Below the pieces are notes generated by a model that was not told where the DNA came from, ran no database searches, and saw nothing but the letters and a program-made list of their open reading frames with translations. Positions 14,070-26,166 of a stretch of 64,000 nucleotides of DNA are shown here, piece after piece; the stretch's first letter is position 1, and each line of letters opens with the position of its first letter. The DNA is taken from positions 26,694 to 90,693 of the forward strand of contig RDEW01000050.1 of assembly GCA_011109175.1 (NCBI GenBank), in the 5' to 3' direction. Origin of the DNA: Dicyema japonicum (taxonomy: Eukaryota; Animalia; Dicyemida). The position numbers and the translations under genes are program-made.

Positions 14070-17000
14070 ATGTCATTAAAATATATTCAAGTTATAAAAT
14101 TGAAACACCTTCATTATATGCATTATGCATTAATAACATTCGAATTTACTTTTTTATGTGCTGCAATGAACAAAAATATATAAAATTAAACGAGAAGTCT
14201 AAAAAAATGTTGTCCAAAAGAATCCTTATCGAATTGGAATATTTGAATTCATGTCGTGAGAACGATATATATTTACAAGATTCAAGTTTTTATGGGATAT
14301 CGGATGTAGTACGGAAAGACATATTTTGCCTGGAATTGACTCGTGAAGATGTTGACATTAAGGACGTTGTTAATATGACTCAAGTTTATCCAAATTTATC
14401 AAATATTACAATAGGAAGGATTTTTTCATCAGAAACGAATCCTTTTCTATCATTTTCCCCCAATGAGGTCAAATCATTCACATTATTGTTTTATGATGAC
14501 CCAGATTTGCTACATCAGCTATTTATGACTGGGTTTAAAAAACTAAGGTATCTCAACCTCCTTGGACTCAGTAGCACAACGACTTTTTATAACAGTACAC
14601 TAAAAATAATTGAAAAACTGGAACGCATAAATTTTCACAAAGTCTTAATTACTGATTTTAAAGAATTTATTGAAAGCATTAACAATCCAGCGTCTTTAAG
14701 GTTTATTTATATCAAATTTAGATATTTTATACATACATGTGACAGAAAATTAAAAAAATATGACTCTAATTTCTTTTCTCTTTTCAAAAAAGCCAAGAAT
14801 CTTACTTGCGTGAATTTATCTGGATATTTTATTAAAAGAAAAATACTAAAAAAGTTAACCAAGTTATTTATTTTAATAATTCAGACGAATCAGAAAACTA
14901 GGATTTAAAAAATTTCGTCATAAGAAAATTTTACATTTCAGTAAAAATATAATTCTGTATATTTATAAAAGAATATAGAAAGATATTCAATTAATTTTAA
15001 ATAATCTTTTATCGTCTGCCCAACATTTTGATAATAAAGTCAAACTTTTGAAATATGTTATTTTAATGATTATAAATAATTTATCTCATTATAAAGTTGA
15101 TTTTAAAATTGAAAATAAATTATTAAAACCATTTTTGAAAGTAATTTAAAATATAAATTTAGTTTATCCGTCTGCCCAACATTTTGATAATAAAGTCAAA
15201 CTTTTGAAATATGTTATTTTAATGATTATAAATAATTTATCTCATTATAAAGTTGATTTTAAAATTGAAAATAAATTATTAAAACCATTTTTGAAAGTAA
15301 TTTAAAATATAAATTTAGTTTATCCGTCGGCGCAATTATGATGATGTATATTTCATTAGATTTATATACAACATAACGAGTAACCAATCTATTTCGTATG
15401 CTACAAGATGGTATGAGCTGATTTCATCCATAGCTTTATTTTTGATATTTATCTTCATATTATAACCTATGATAATTTTGTATCACTATCTGATATCTAA
15501 TTTATAGTGGTTTTTTTAGTTTTTCGACAATTATAAACCCTGGGAGATATCTATTTTTGTTAGTTTATTTTTATTTTAGCTTCCTGCGCTGTCAATTATC
15601 ATTACAAGTGCTACTTACCAACATCGATTTTCTGATTATGTTGAATTAAACATACAAAATATGAGCATCGATTTTCTAGTTTATGTTGGCTATTCTGTAG
15701 GACTTGTCAAAGTTCATAAAACAATTTTATTTTAGTCATGTGTTGAACGTTTTAAAACAGAAGACGTTTACGATTCTGCCAAATTTGATTTGCTGAATTT
15801 CCTTATAGGTATTCTAAATATACTTTGTTAGAAGAAAATGAAAAGAATATGAAATTGTTTCTTAATTATAATGGACTTCATTATATTTTTAATTTTTTCG
15901 AAAGATATTGTGCTTCTCCACCTAATTACGAATATATATTGATTCCCTTTATCAAAATTATTGAAAATATAGCTAAATGCTCACACACCAGACATTTAAT
16001 ATGGACACATGGTCTGGTAAATCTTATATTGTAAAATTGTTGTTTAATGAAAAGGGACATGGAGTATCCTTACGATAATAATAGTGTAAACTATTGTATA
16101 TTTCGATGTATCTGCCAGATGTTACGTGATCCAAATGATATTTNACATTTTAAAACAGAAGACATTCGTGATTCTACAAAATTTGATATGTCATGTTTTC
16201 TTCTATGTATTTAAAATATATTTTGTTAGACGAGAATAAAAAGAATTTGAGTTTGTTTCTGGATTATAGTGGAATTTATTATATTTATAATTCTCTCGGA
16301 AAATGTTGCATATCTATGGCTGCTTACAATTTTAAATTAATTCCAATCATTAAAATCGTAGAAAATATAGCTAAATGCTCTAATTCCAAACATTTAATAT
16401 GTGAGTATGGTCTAATAAATGTTATAATTTAAAATTATTGTTTATTAAAAAAATGTATTATCCATACTACTACTTTGTAAGCTATTCTATTTTGAGATGT
16501 ATCTGCCAGATATTAAGTGATCCAAATGATTTTTTCCCAATATTTTTGAATTCTGATTTTAGCGATTTGAATCCATGCGAACCCATTCTAAATAAAATTG
16601 TTAAGTTAATAAAAGATTTTCCTTCTCTATTCAGCGATTATTACGACAGGTATTATTTCTTATTTTCTATCTTAAGGTCAATGAAGTCTACGATAAATTT
16701 ATTGGATGCTGACCGAATTTGGCTTTGGGCTGTGTGGGAATGTGCTAATCTAGCAAGGAGTAATCGTTATTTTTTATTTTTATAATAGCACGTAAATATA
16801 TGGACATTTTTGTTTCTCTTAACATTCTTATGAAAATNGTGTTTTTTCCTATTTTCAATCTTAGGTCAATGAAGTCAACGATAAATTTATTGAATGTAAA
16901 CGCAGATGAACGAATTTGGCTTTGGGCTGAGTGGGAATGTGCTAATCTAGCAAGAATATATCGTTTTTTCTTATTTTTATAATAGAACGTAGATATATGG

Positions 17001-17146
17001 ACATGTTTATTTCTCATAACATTATTATGAATATTGAGAATGTCTGTCTCTTATCCAATATGGAAGAGATCTATTATTATGCTGAAATTTTTTGAATAAA
17101 TTACAATGCTGTTATTTTTTTAATTTAGAATAACATTAAAGAGTAG
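14070..17146 (+). CDS. Second ZER1/ZYG11-like paralog, with internal duplicated segments (partly assembly artefact or pseudogene)
   Basis: TPSLYALCI, YDDPDLLHQLF, IIENIAKCSHTRHLI and RSMKSTINLL..RIWLWAVWE parallel copy 1; several intron positions are shared. Confidence 0.7.
15013..15328. repeat. Exact 156-bp tandem duplication within ZER1-like copy 2
   Basis: cgtctgcccaacattttg at 15013 and 15169; the unit includes one 22-nt intron. Confidence 0.9.
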
Positions 17147-17269
17147 TAAAGTTAATTTATATTGGGTTATTAATAATATTAATAATAAAATAAATATTTG
17201 AATTTCTGTTGTGATGTGCATGTTTTTTTCTAGTGGGCACAATAAAACATTAAATGGATTTATCTACGA

Positions 17270-18250
17270 AGGACCCCGACAAAGAAACCAATAATAACGT
17301 AGATTGTATGGTCTTTGGGCTATACGGAGCAAAAGAATCTATTTAAAATCCGATCTGAACAGCATTTATAGAGATCTCTCTAGGAGAGCTGAAGATAGCA
17401 ATAAGAGCTGTCAAGAATAAAGTTCCGGGCAGTGAATTCATCAAAGCTAGGATGTTCAAAGAAGGCCAAGAAATTTTATTCGAAGGGAGCCCAAAGGAAC
17501 TAGTGAATTGGGTGAAAGTATACCTAGAAGGAAAAAAATCCTATGTTAGATGTGGACGCTATTTTTCAAAAATGATATTATTGAAGAGAGGAGTCCCACA
17601 AAGATCAATTTTGAGCCCTATATTGTTTAATGTTCTAATGGCTGGTTTCCCGTCTCCGTCTACACCGAGTACGAGATCTCTGATAAACGCAGACGACGTG
17701 CTACTTTCTGATATGTCGAGATCGAGCACGATCTCAGAGAGGAGGCTCAATATGTAATGGAAGAAATAAAAGACTGGTGTGGTCTTCATGGGTTAAAACT
17801 GTCAGAAGAAAAATCTAGTGCTATAATGTTCCTCGGTCGGAATGGTAAAGTAAATCAGAAAGACTCCATATGCGGAATCAACATTGTGAGCTCCCTGAAG
17901 TATCTCGGAACAGTTTTTGAGAAATCTGGGAGCACATTGTGCAATTTTAAGCTAAAAGGGAAGAAAGCCTACCATGCGTAATTGTGTATGAGGAAATTGA
18001 GACTCGAAGCGGATATGTTTTTATTTTTTCATGTACGATCATCCCATCATACTTTTATGGACTGGAAGGATGGCACTGCATACAAAGAGCGTTTATTTTG
18101 CTTTTTGAACAATCGAGACGAGCAGGGATCAAAATTGCCCTACACAAAAGGTTCGACGAGAAGCTAGATAGAAATGAAAATTTGCTAGTAATGTCGATAA
18201 TAGATGCAGCAGAAAAAAAGATGGAAAACTTCTAAAAGAGATGCAGTATG
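17270..18250 (+). mobile_element. Internally deleted LINE RT fragment (related to family A)
   Basis: NKVPGSE, RGVPQRSILSPILF, NADDV and LKYLG motifs. Confidence 0.8.
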
Positions 18251-18938
18251 TTGCAGCACAAAACAAACAATAAGAGGGGTCTGAGAGCGCAGAGAAGAGT
18301 CCAAGCGTTTGTAGGACTTGCGTAATCAATTCAAATAACCCTCTTTAATTTTTCCTTGCTAATAAAGTTGTTAAAGTTAAAATCTTTCTCCATGTTTTTC
18401 AAATCTTTTAATAGTGAACTCTGAAGATATAATATGCGAGGAATTCATTAAGCTCTTTAAGTAAATTCTTTAATACAACTTCATGAAGGTGTAAACTTAG
18501 TTCGTGAAGTTTGTGTCCATTATCCCCAAAAGGCAACTTTCATTGAGATCTCTTTCAAATAAGCTATCATCTTCTGGGTTGTTAAAGCAGAATACAAAGT
18601 CCCCCATAAAACGTAGGGTCACTCTGGCCACAGCCGCAGAATCCAAGCCAGAAATTAAATTTGCAACCTTGTTATTTCCATGGGTTTTATCTGTAACATT
18701 AAGCACAACTGAGACGTATCCATTACTATCATTGGACATAATTTCATAATTATTATTTGAATTTTTCATCAAAGGTCATAGTAACAGTATAGCAACTGTA
18801 CAGAGACCGAAGGAGAGTGCTATTCTCAAATTCATCGTCAGAATATTACCAATTTCATCACATGGATAAAAACTCAACCAAGCATTCGTTGAATAACTGA
18901 TAGTCATTTGAGACAAGTTTTTTTTCCAATCACATTGC

Positions 18939-19138
18939 GCTCAGATGGCATAGTGGTTAGGTGTCGGGCTTAAGTGGCTTAGGCTGCGGGTTCGAATCTC
19001 GCTGCTGTTCACCTGGTGGAAGGTTCCACGCATCTACGATGCAGAAAGGGTTTGACGAGTGACGCCGTCATCAGTGGATACTCACTGCGGAACTGGATTG
19101 TCTAGAAAGGACACTCACACAAGAGAAAGAAAAAAAAG
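18939..19138 (+). mobile_element. tRNA-derived SINE or Pol III ncRNA
   Basis: A box TGGCATAGTGG at 18946, B box GGTTCGAATC at 18989, poorly paired anticodon arm around CTTAAG, structured body and A-rich tail. Confidence 0.7.
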
Positions 19139-20659
19139 TGAAGATCATTCCCTGGTTCTACGATTAATTAAAATTAACTGTTCTTTACATAAGTAAAGTG
19201 TGTGTTCTGCCTATGCGGTGCTATAAATACTATGGCTCTCGTGAAAAGACTTAAAAACATTGCGCTCAGAGAACTCTTTCTTTTTCAAAAACAGACATTT
19301 AGTTCGGTCATCCAGATCATAAAGGAATATGTCGATACCTCCACGGCTCCTGATAGTTACAAAGAATAAGAGTAAGGACAGTATCCACCAATGGCATCCA
19401 CATTTGGTTCCGAATAAAAGTATACACCAATGCATCTATAGTCATCAAATTTATATAATCACTTCAACGGTTGACCTAATTTTACTGTCAAATAGAAATA
19501 TGACCTAATTTTAAGGTAGAGGAAATCGTAATTCTTTTAACAGACATTCTCAGGACTTTCTCCAATGAGTCAATCGTCCAAGAACCACCCCCAGATAATC
19601 CGGTCTGTTAGATATCTTCAAGCTTTTACAAGATTACGATTTTCGGAGACATTTTTCACCATTAGCGTCGACTAATGCGATTTTAGCATGTTTTAGATCG
19701 ATGTTCTTGTAATAATTTTATCAAGATCTTCCGACTAACAAGCTGTGTATAAGATTCGTTTTTTATCACGATTGGATTGTGTATACGTAGTAGAGTCCTT
19801 AGTTCTTTTCTTTGGAAAGCATTTAGGTTATCAACACATGTTCGAGTTAGTTCCCACGTTCCCGAGATGTAGAAAAGTTTGGAATAGACGAAACTATTGT
19901 ATAGTCGTACTTTTACTTGTCTTGTAACATAAACTTTCTCAGTAATGCCGATTTTTGTCTATTCAGTGCTATTGTTTAGAATATCTTTCCTTGTTGAACC
20001 TCTTACAAATCGTCATGCAAAAACCTGACTTTTTTTGCTATCCTCTAAATCTCATCTTTCCCATTTGATTGTAATAAACTCTGTTTTTTATTCGTTCATT
20101 TCAGGGACAACTCTCCCAACAGGACCATGTTTAAGAACAGTCTGATATCATTGATTCTTTAAAAACAAAATCAGGCCATCCGCATATCTTAATTCCTAGA
20201 TAGAAATAGGACAATTTTTAGCTCTTGGATAACGAAGAATAGCTTCCATATAAACAACAAGAGAATTCATTATAATGGATAAGCTTATGAGTGCCAATGT
20301 GCGTTTTAAATTTGCAGTGGGCTCTGAGACAACACAGATTTCGAATTCTGTGTTTGAAAATAGAACCCACATAATCCTTAAACTGTCCTTGTATAGCAAC
20401 ATTTATAGTCTTTTTTCAGAATTCACTTAAAAATGATTTTTATGCATTTTGTAATTAACATTATTCAAAAGTTATTAAACTTTGTGACACAATTTTTTTA
20501 ACATTTTGACTAAGTTATTAAACATTTTGGCAAAGTTATCAAACTTCATGGTAAAGTTATTACACAAATCGGAAATCCCTGTATATTAAGTGAATTTTAT
20601 TAAATTATTTTTTAATTTTATTTAATTATCAAATAGTTTATTTAATAAAATTATTATTA

Positions 20660-21820
20660 ATTATAACGACTGTAATGTATGTAATAATTTTAATTTCTTG
20701 TGGTCACTAGTATATTAATCATTTTGGTATTTAATCCTATAGATGTTCAACTTCATCATCTTATACTTTCCATTCTGCATTTTGACAGAGAAAAATTGTC
20801 GAGAAGAATTAGATGGNTTAATTATAACGACTGTAATGTATGTAATAATTTTAATTTCTTGTGGTCACTAGTATATTCATCATTTTGGTATTTAATCCTA
20901 TAGATGTTCAACTTCATCATCTTATACTTTCCATTCTGCATTTTGACAGAGAAAAATTGTCGAGAAGAATTAGATGGGTCGAGTTATGTGTATTAAATAT
21001 TAATTATTAAGATTTTGGAGAAATTGTATACTTTCTGAACTAAAATATGATCCTAAAATTTATAAATTAAAAATTCATAACATAATATCTCTACATGGCA
21101 ATTTTTCTATTATTGAACTGAATGTGGTTATTTTGTATTAAATATTACTTATTATAGTATCTGTGAGTTTGATGATAGTTTAAGATATATAGACAAACAT
21201 ACTCTTCCATCTACCATTAAGGAATTGTTATATATATTATTAAATTAATAGGTATATGGATGATTGCAATTCCCTTGTATACATTGCAATCGATTTTGCT
21301 GGACATTTAACATCACTTCACGACGTGTACATTTTTTTAATTTATGTAGTACCTTTCCAACAAGCATAAAAGTTATTAAAGCATTTAGAATTAGTACCAG
21401 TAACGTTCGATTATATTAGTATTTTTAATAATAATATAGTGGTGTTATCGTTTGCATTGATTCATTCGATANGTCTGTATGTATGATGATAGTTTAAAAT
21501 ATGTTGACAAACATACTCTTCCATCTACCATTGAGGAATTGTTATATATATTATTAAATTAATAGGTTTATGGAATTATGCAATTCCCTTGTATACATGG
21601 CAATCGATTTTGCTGGACATTTAACATCACTTTTCTATGTGTACATTTTTTTAATTTATGTAGTACCTTTCCAGAAAGAATACAAGTTATTCAAGCATTT
21701 AGAATTAGTTCCAGTAATGTTCGATTTTATTTGTATTTTTAATAATAATATAGTGGTGTTATCGTTTGCATTGATTCATTCGATAAGGCAGAGGCGTATG
21801 ATATTATATTTATCATAGAC
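20660..21820 (+). pseudogene. Multi-exon LRR-like gene fragment, tandemly duplicated around single-n junctions
   Basis: LPSTIKELYMDDCNSLVYI-type repeats separated by GT-AG micro-introns; duplicated blocks flank n at 20817 and 21472. Confidence 0.45.
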
Positions 21821-21999
21821 ATAAACCTCTACCTAAAAAATGTATAAATCTCATAAATAATAGCTTGACTATGATACAAAGTGAGTTCGTTATTGAAAAC
21901 AACGAGCAGACTAGTGGAACATGTAATTAATAATGTTATTTCAGACTGCAGTGCCATTGTAGACAAGTACAATGTCCTTGGCAATTGCCTAATTATCAA

Positions 22000-23680
22000 C
22001 TAACATTTTACTAACTTAATCGGTTCTTTTTTCTAAGTTGGGGTTAATTAATTCAAATTTATTATGATTTAAATAAAATCCTGGTTGGACAACTGAATCA
22101 CACATCTCTACTCTTGACTCTGAAAGAATAATTTCAGTTAAAAAAAGATGAGGAAATGAATCAAATATGATAGGTTTTAAAGAACGGATAGGTTTCCTTA
22201 GATTTATGAATGACATGAGCATTATCCCAATTAATTTATATAGTTTTGAATTCTATCGACATAATTGTCACGGAGTTTGTTCTCAAGATATTCAAGGAGA
22301 TCGATTATATGAACACAGTTGCTTCTGAGAGAGTCAGACGTCCAAATTTCTTGAGAATATTCCTCGTCGGAGTAATTAAATGTATTGGCACATAACTTCT
22401 TTGTCATCCGGTGTCAAACTCTACGGATCAACACCCTGAATTTTTTTGATCCTTGAATCCCTGAATGTCGAAGGTGTTTTCTTCGTTATGCATTATTTTT
22501 TCAGCATTTCATTTCATAGACGGTTTAATCTTTCCATTATTAGGCATGAAATTTTTATAGTGACCTCAATCTAATTGTGATATGTAGAACCTCAATAAAA
22601 CTAGAGTTTTGGACATTTTCAAATAGATAGAGCTGGCGATACTAGGAAAACGCCAGGTTTGTTTTTAATATAAGAAAAATGAATTGGGTCATCTGATGTG
22701 AGGATCACAAAACCACGTTAATCAGACTATAATTATAAACGCCGTACATTCTGATTTGTCTTCAAAACCAGAAATAGTATTCTTCGAATCAAGTCGCTAA
22801 TTAAAATGGCATAGGGATTCTTGATGTAGAACTCAGATATATCTGTAGAACAAATATCAAGATTCTTGCCTTATAGACCTCCAACAGTAATCCATATTTC
22901 CTCGAAATAAACGTCCATGCTTACAAAATCACACAATAAATGACAAAAGACCTTTGGATTAAGAATTCTGAGCCAGTCGCCGTAGAAAATAGACGTTTCC
23001 CTACAGCAACGACTCAAACTTTCCATAAAACGTCCACGGAATTGTGTCCCGTCAATATATAACACTTCGATTTCTTTATTTCATTTCATTGACTACCAAA
23101 ATGTCGATCTTAGAGCCCCTAGAAAGTAGTGTTAGTTCATTATGCCTTTTCTTAGGAATCGGCCATTCACTAGCAACATTTTGGTGACCTTGCTTATTCA
23201 AAACCAAGATTACTATCTCCATTGAATCTATCTATGTAATCGCGCACAGATAGTTAAGGTGTGACGTAATCTTTGATATTTCCGTAAATACCTTCTCTGA
23301 TAGATTGGGTGGGATTTCATTCGATTTTCGATTAATTTTTAGTGCCGTCATGACGTACGTGTCTTTGCTGTCCACGTTCTTCCAATATCGCTTATCATCA
23401 CTTGTTCATCATTTTACAACCCCACGCACGTGAATAAATGGAAAGCACGATCTTCCTAAACAAACTTATTTAGTACTCATGCGCAACTGAGACATCTCTC
23501 TTTATAGAAAAAAGATTTGCGTCCATAGCATTTGCAGTTGAAACACATCATTGGGCCTCTTTTGTACAATTCGCATGTGATTGGCACGTGAGCAATGTCG
23601 AAACCAAGTCGGACAAGCGATGTAGCTTCCACCTTTGATCCAACTAGAACCTTTATACAAGAGGGAGCTTCCATCTGCCT
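22000..23680 (-). mobile_element. Decayed LINE with an ORF1 zinc-knuckle remnant
   Basis: PMMCFNCKCYG...CLSCA resembles a CCHC knuckle; downstream sequence is heavily degraded. Confidence 0.5.
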
Positions 23681-23829
23681 TTTAGAAACGGCATTAGCCC
23701 GTGGTCGCGAGCCACAGCAATTACCGAGCCACAGACGTTACATGTGACAACTGAAATCAATGTCAATCATTGTCAAAAAATAAAATAATCAATTATTTCA
23801 AGAAAACATTAACTAATTATTTATAATTA

Positions 23830-24370
23830 GTTTTTAAGGTTTAGAATGCACTTTCTTCTGAACTCTTCTGATTACGAACCTTTTAAGTAATTATAAATTG
23901 AATACAACATCTCTAATGTTAAATTCATATTTCGATCGATGCAATCCCATCTTTTTATTCATCCTTTTATAATGAGAATTCAAGTCTACCCTAGGAAAAT
24001 CAACTTTGTAATCACCTTTTGTATAATTATAGAGAAAAAAACCTTTACTATATGTTTCGGGGATGTTGTACCTTCTGGCTCTGTTAATTCAGCAATATTA
24101 CTCACACTTTCTAGGTTGTCTTCACCGTCTCTCCCTGTTACAGTATTTTTAACAACGGTGCTGTATTCCGGAATCCCTCGATATCTTTGAAACAGACTAA
24201 AACCTACAAAAAAATAAAAGCACAAATTTACCTGTGGATGAATGAGGCGTTTGATTGTATTAAAACAATCCTTTCGAAAGTGCTTTATCCACTATTTCTT
24301 GTCATCCGAAACCATCATTTTCGACAAACTCCGTGAGATTGTCTGCTTGAATCTTTCAACAATCCTTTTG
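23830..24370 (-). mobile_element. Second Ginger-like integrase fragment (C-terminal part) with introns
   Basis: GIVERFKQTISRSLSKMM...YNQTPHSSTG, intron, FSLFQRYRGI; matches 8745-8945 with the same intron position. Confidence 0.7.
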
Positions 24371-24729
24371 GGTATTGTTAGGAGTTCATAATTTTGATTC
24401 TCAAATCTACAATATTAACTAATAAACTTTAAACATTTTGAGATTAATTAGATCAATCATTGCAGTCTTTTACAACTTGACGAATAACAGTTCTTTTGAT
24501 AGCGCAAAATCTCTTACGACAAAGAGCATCAAAAGCGTTATGTCCACAGTGATTTGTTTGGAGAATCTCCTGAGCAACAGTCCTCACTTTTTTTCTTTAC
24601 TAGGTAAGAGGTATCACAAGTTTGTGAAATCCGTTAACAGCTTTCAAATATAGCTTTTCATAAATAACAATAAAATTTTTATCTTTCTTTTTTATTTGGA
24701 ACCTCATTTGTTTCGCAATATTCACATCG

Positions 24730-26040
24730 TCAATAAACCCTTCCAACACTGTCATCAATTTGTTCCTATTAACCTAGTCAAAAGCTTTTGATAGCTCTAT
24801 TCCCAGAATTCATCAGCTGTTGATCTTCCTTCTGTGATCCCACTTTGACTTTCGGGTAGGTAGTCATAGGCGGGCCCTTTTATTCATTCAAATGAGCTTT
24901 TGATAGCTCTATTCCCAGAATTCATCAGCTGTTGATCTTCCTTCTCTGATCCCACTTTGACTTTCGGGTAGGTAGTCATAGGCGGGTCCTTTTATTCATT
25001 CAAATATAATTTTAGCTAAGACTATCCGTGGAGAATTTGATATTATAATAGGTCGTAAGTTTACAACCGTTCCTTTGGGTTTATTGGGTTATTGTATAGG
25101 TATTAGTAATCCCGTTCCCAGGGGCAAAGTTGAGTTAGTTGAAAACATTTCATTTAGTAGTGTAGCGATTTTTTCAAATAAGGGTGAGGGCCGTAATTCA
25201 GTAATTCTGGGTTCATTATTTGGTCCTGGGCTTCTGTTACTTTTTTAGTTTTTTGACATGCTTTTTTTACTTCCAAAATTGTAATTGGTTTTTTTAAAGG
25301 TTTAGGCTTTCCTTTGAATAGGGGAATTGCTGTAGTCACATTGAAAAGTTTTTCAAAATGTGTTGCACTTATTTCCGCTTGCTCTTCAGTATTCAGTAAT
25401 GTCTTGCTATTTTCGTCTTTGATGATTATTCGTTCTTTCCGGTTTTTTGTGGCGTAGTAAACGAGCGGTCATATACATTTGTGAATTATCCTTTAGTTGG
25501 ATATTTCATTGATTTTGCGAAGCAGTTCTTCTTGATGGAGAGTCTTGTTCAGTCTCCTGATTTTTCTACGGATTTTGTCCCTCTGACCCTGAAGAACTTT
25601 TTTCTTGTTATAGTCTTTTTTGTTTAGTATTTTTGTATAGATTTCTTTTAACTCCCTTGCAAACTCCTTTACTAGTTATGTATGTATCGTCCTCCCGCGT
25701 GCCGAGGTACTGGCTTGCTGCTTCGTTTATTATATACTTTGTGTGATTCCACGAAATTCCTACTGTTGAGTCTTTTAGATGAGAGTAGATGTATTTTTGG
25801 TAATTTTTGACTGTGTCTGGATGAGAGATTAGTTTTTCCGTTGCGCATCCATTTCTTGTATTCTCAATATTATTGTTTGTAATGTTGTTTTGTTCGATAC
25901 CATGTTTCTCCAGGCTGAAGGTGACAATAACCATTCTGTGATTGCTGACAGTTGTTGAACTTTTGTATAAGCGTGCGATTATAAGAGAGCGTTTGTCATT
26001 TATCCGGCATATAATATAATCAAATTGGTTGTATATAAGC
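24730..26040 (-). mobile_element. Decayed LINE (APE end plus RT, RTE-like) with an internal duplication of about 112 bp
   Basis: FDYII..SNHRMV, LRPII and ELSKAFD motifs; 24783-24893 is repeated at about 24895-25004. Confidence 0.7.
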
Positions 26041-26085
26041 CTGCCCAAAAAATTATTTTATTCCAAACCTATCAAGATTGGCTAT

Positions 26086-26166
26086 NNNNNNNNNNNNNNN
26101 NNNNNNNNNNNNNNNNNNNNNNNNNNNNNNNNNNNNNNNNNNNNNNNNNNNNNNNNNNNNNNNNNN
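26086..26166. other. Assembly gap
   Basis: Run of n; sequence just before the gap overlaps sequence just after it. Confidence 1.

Noticed and set aside
16425-16455. Intron-like segment lacking both GT and AG in ZER1-like copy 2
   Set aside because: It lies in a degenerate duplicated block next to an n junction; decay is more likely than unusual splicing.
19040-19080. CTGATGA on the minus strand of the SINE as a hammerhead ribozyme core
   Set aside because: No GAAA after a closable stem II (it reads TCAAAC), so the core cannot be completed.
20100-20581. Possible hAT remnant with aagttatt subterminal repeats ending tccctg
   Set aside because: No matching TIR pair with TSD and no clear transposase motif found.
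20660-21785. Tandem exon duplications (also at 12449, 16144, 16838) as exon-shuffling arrays
   Set aside because: Each junction contains a single n, typical of scaffolded overlapping contigs or haplotypes; not trustworthy without long reads.
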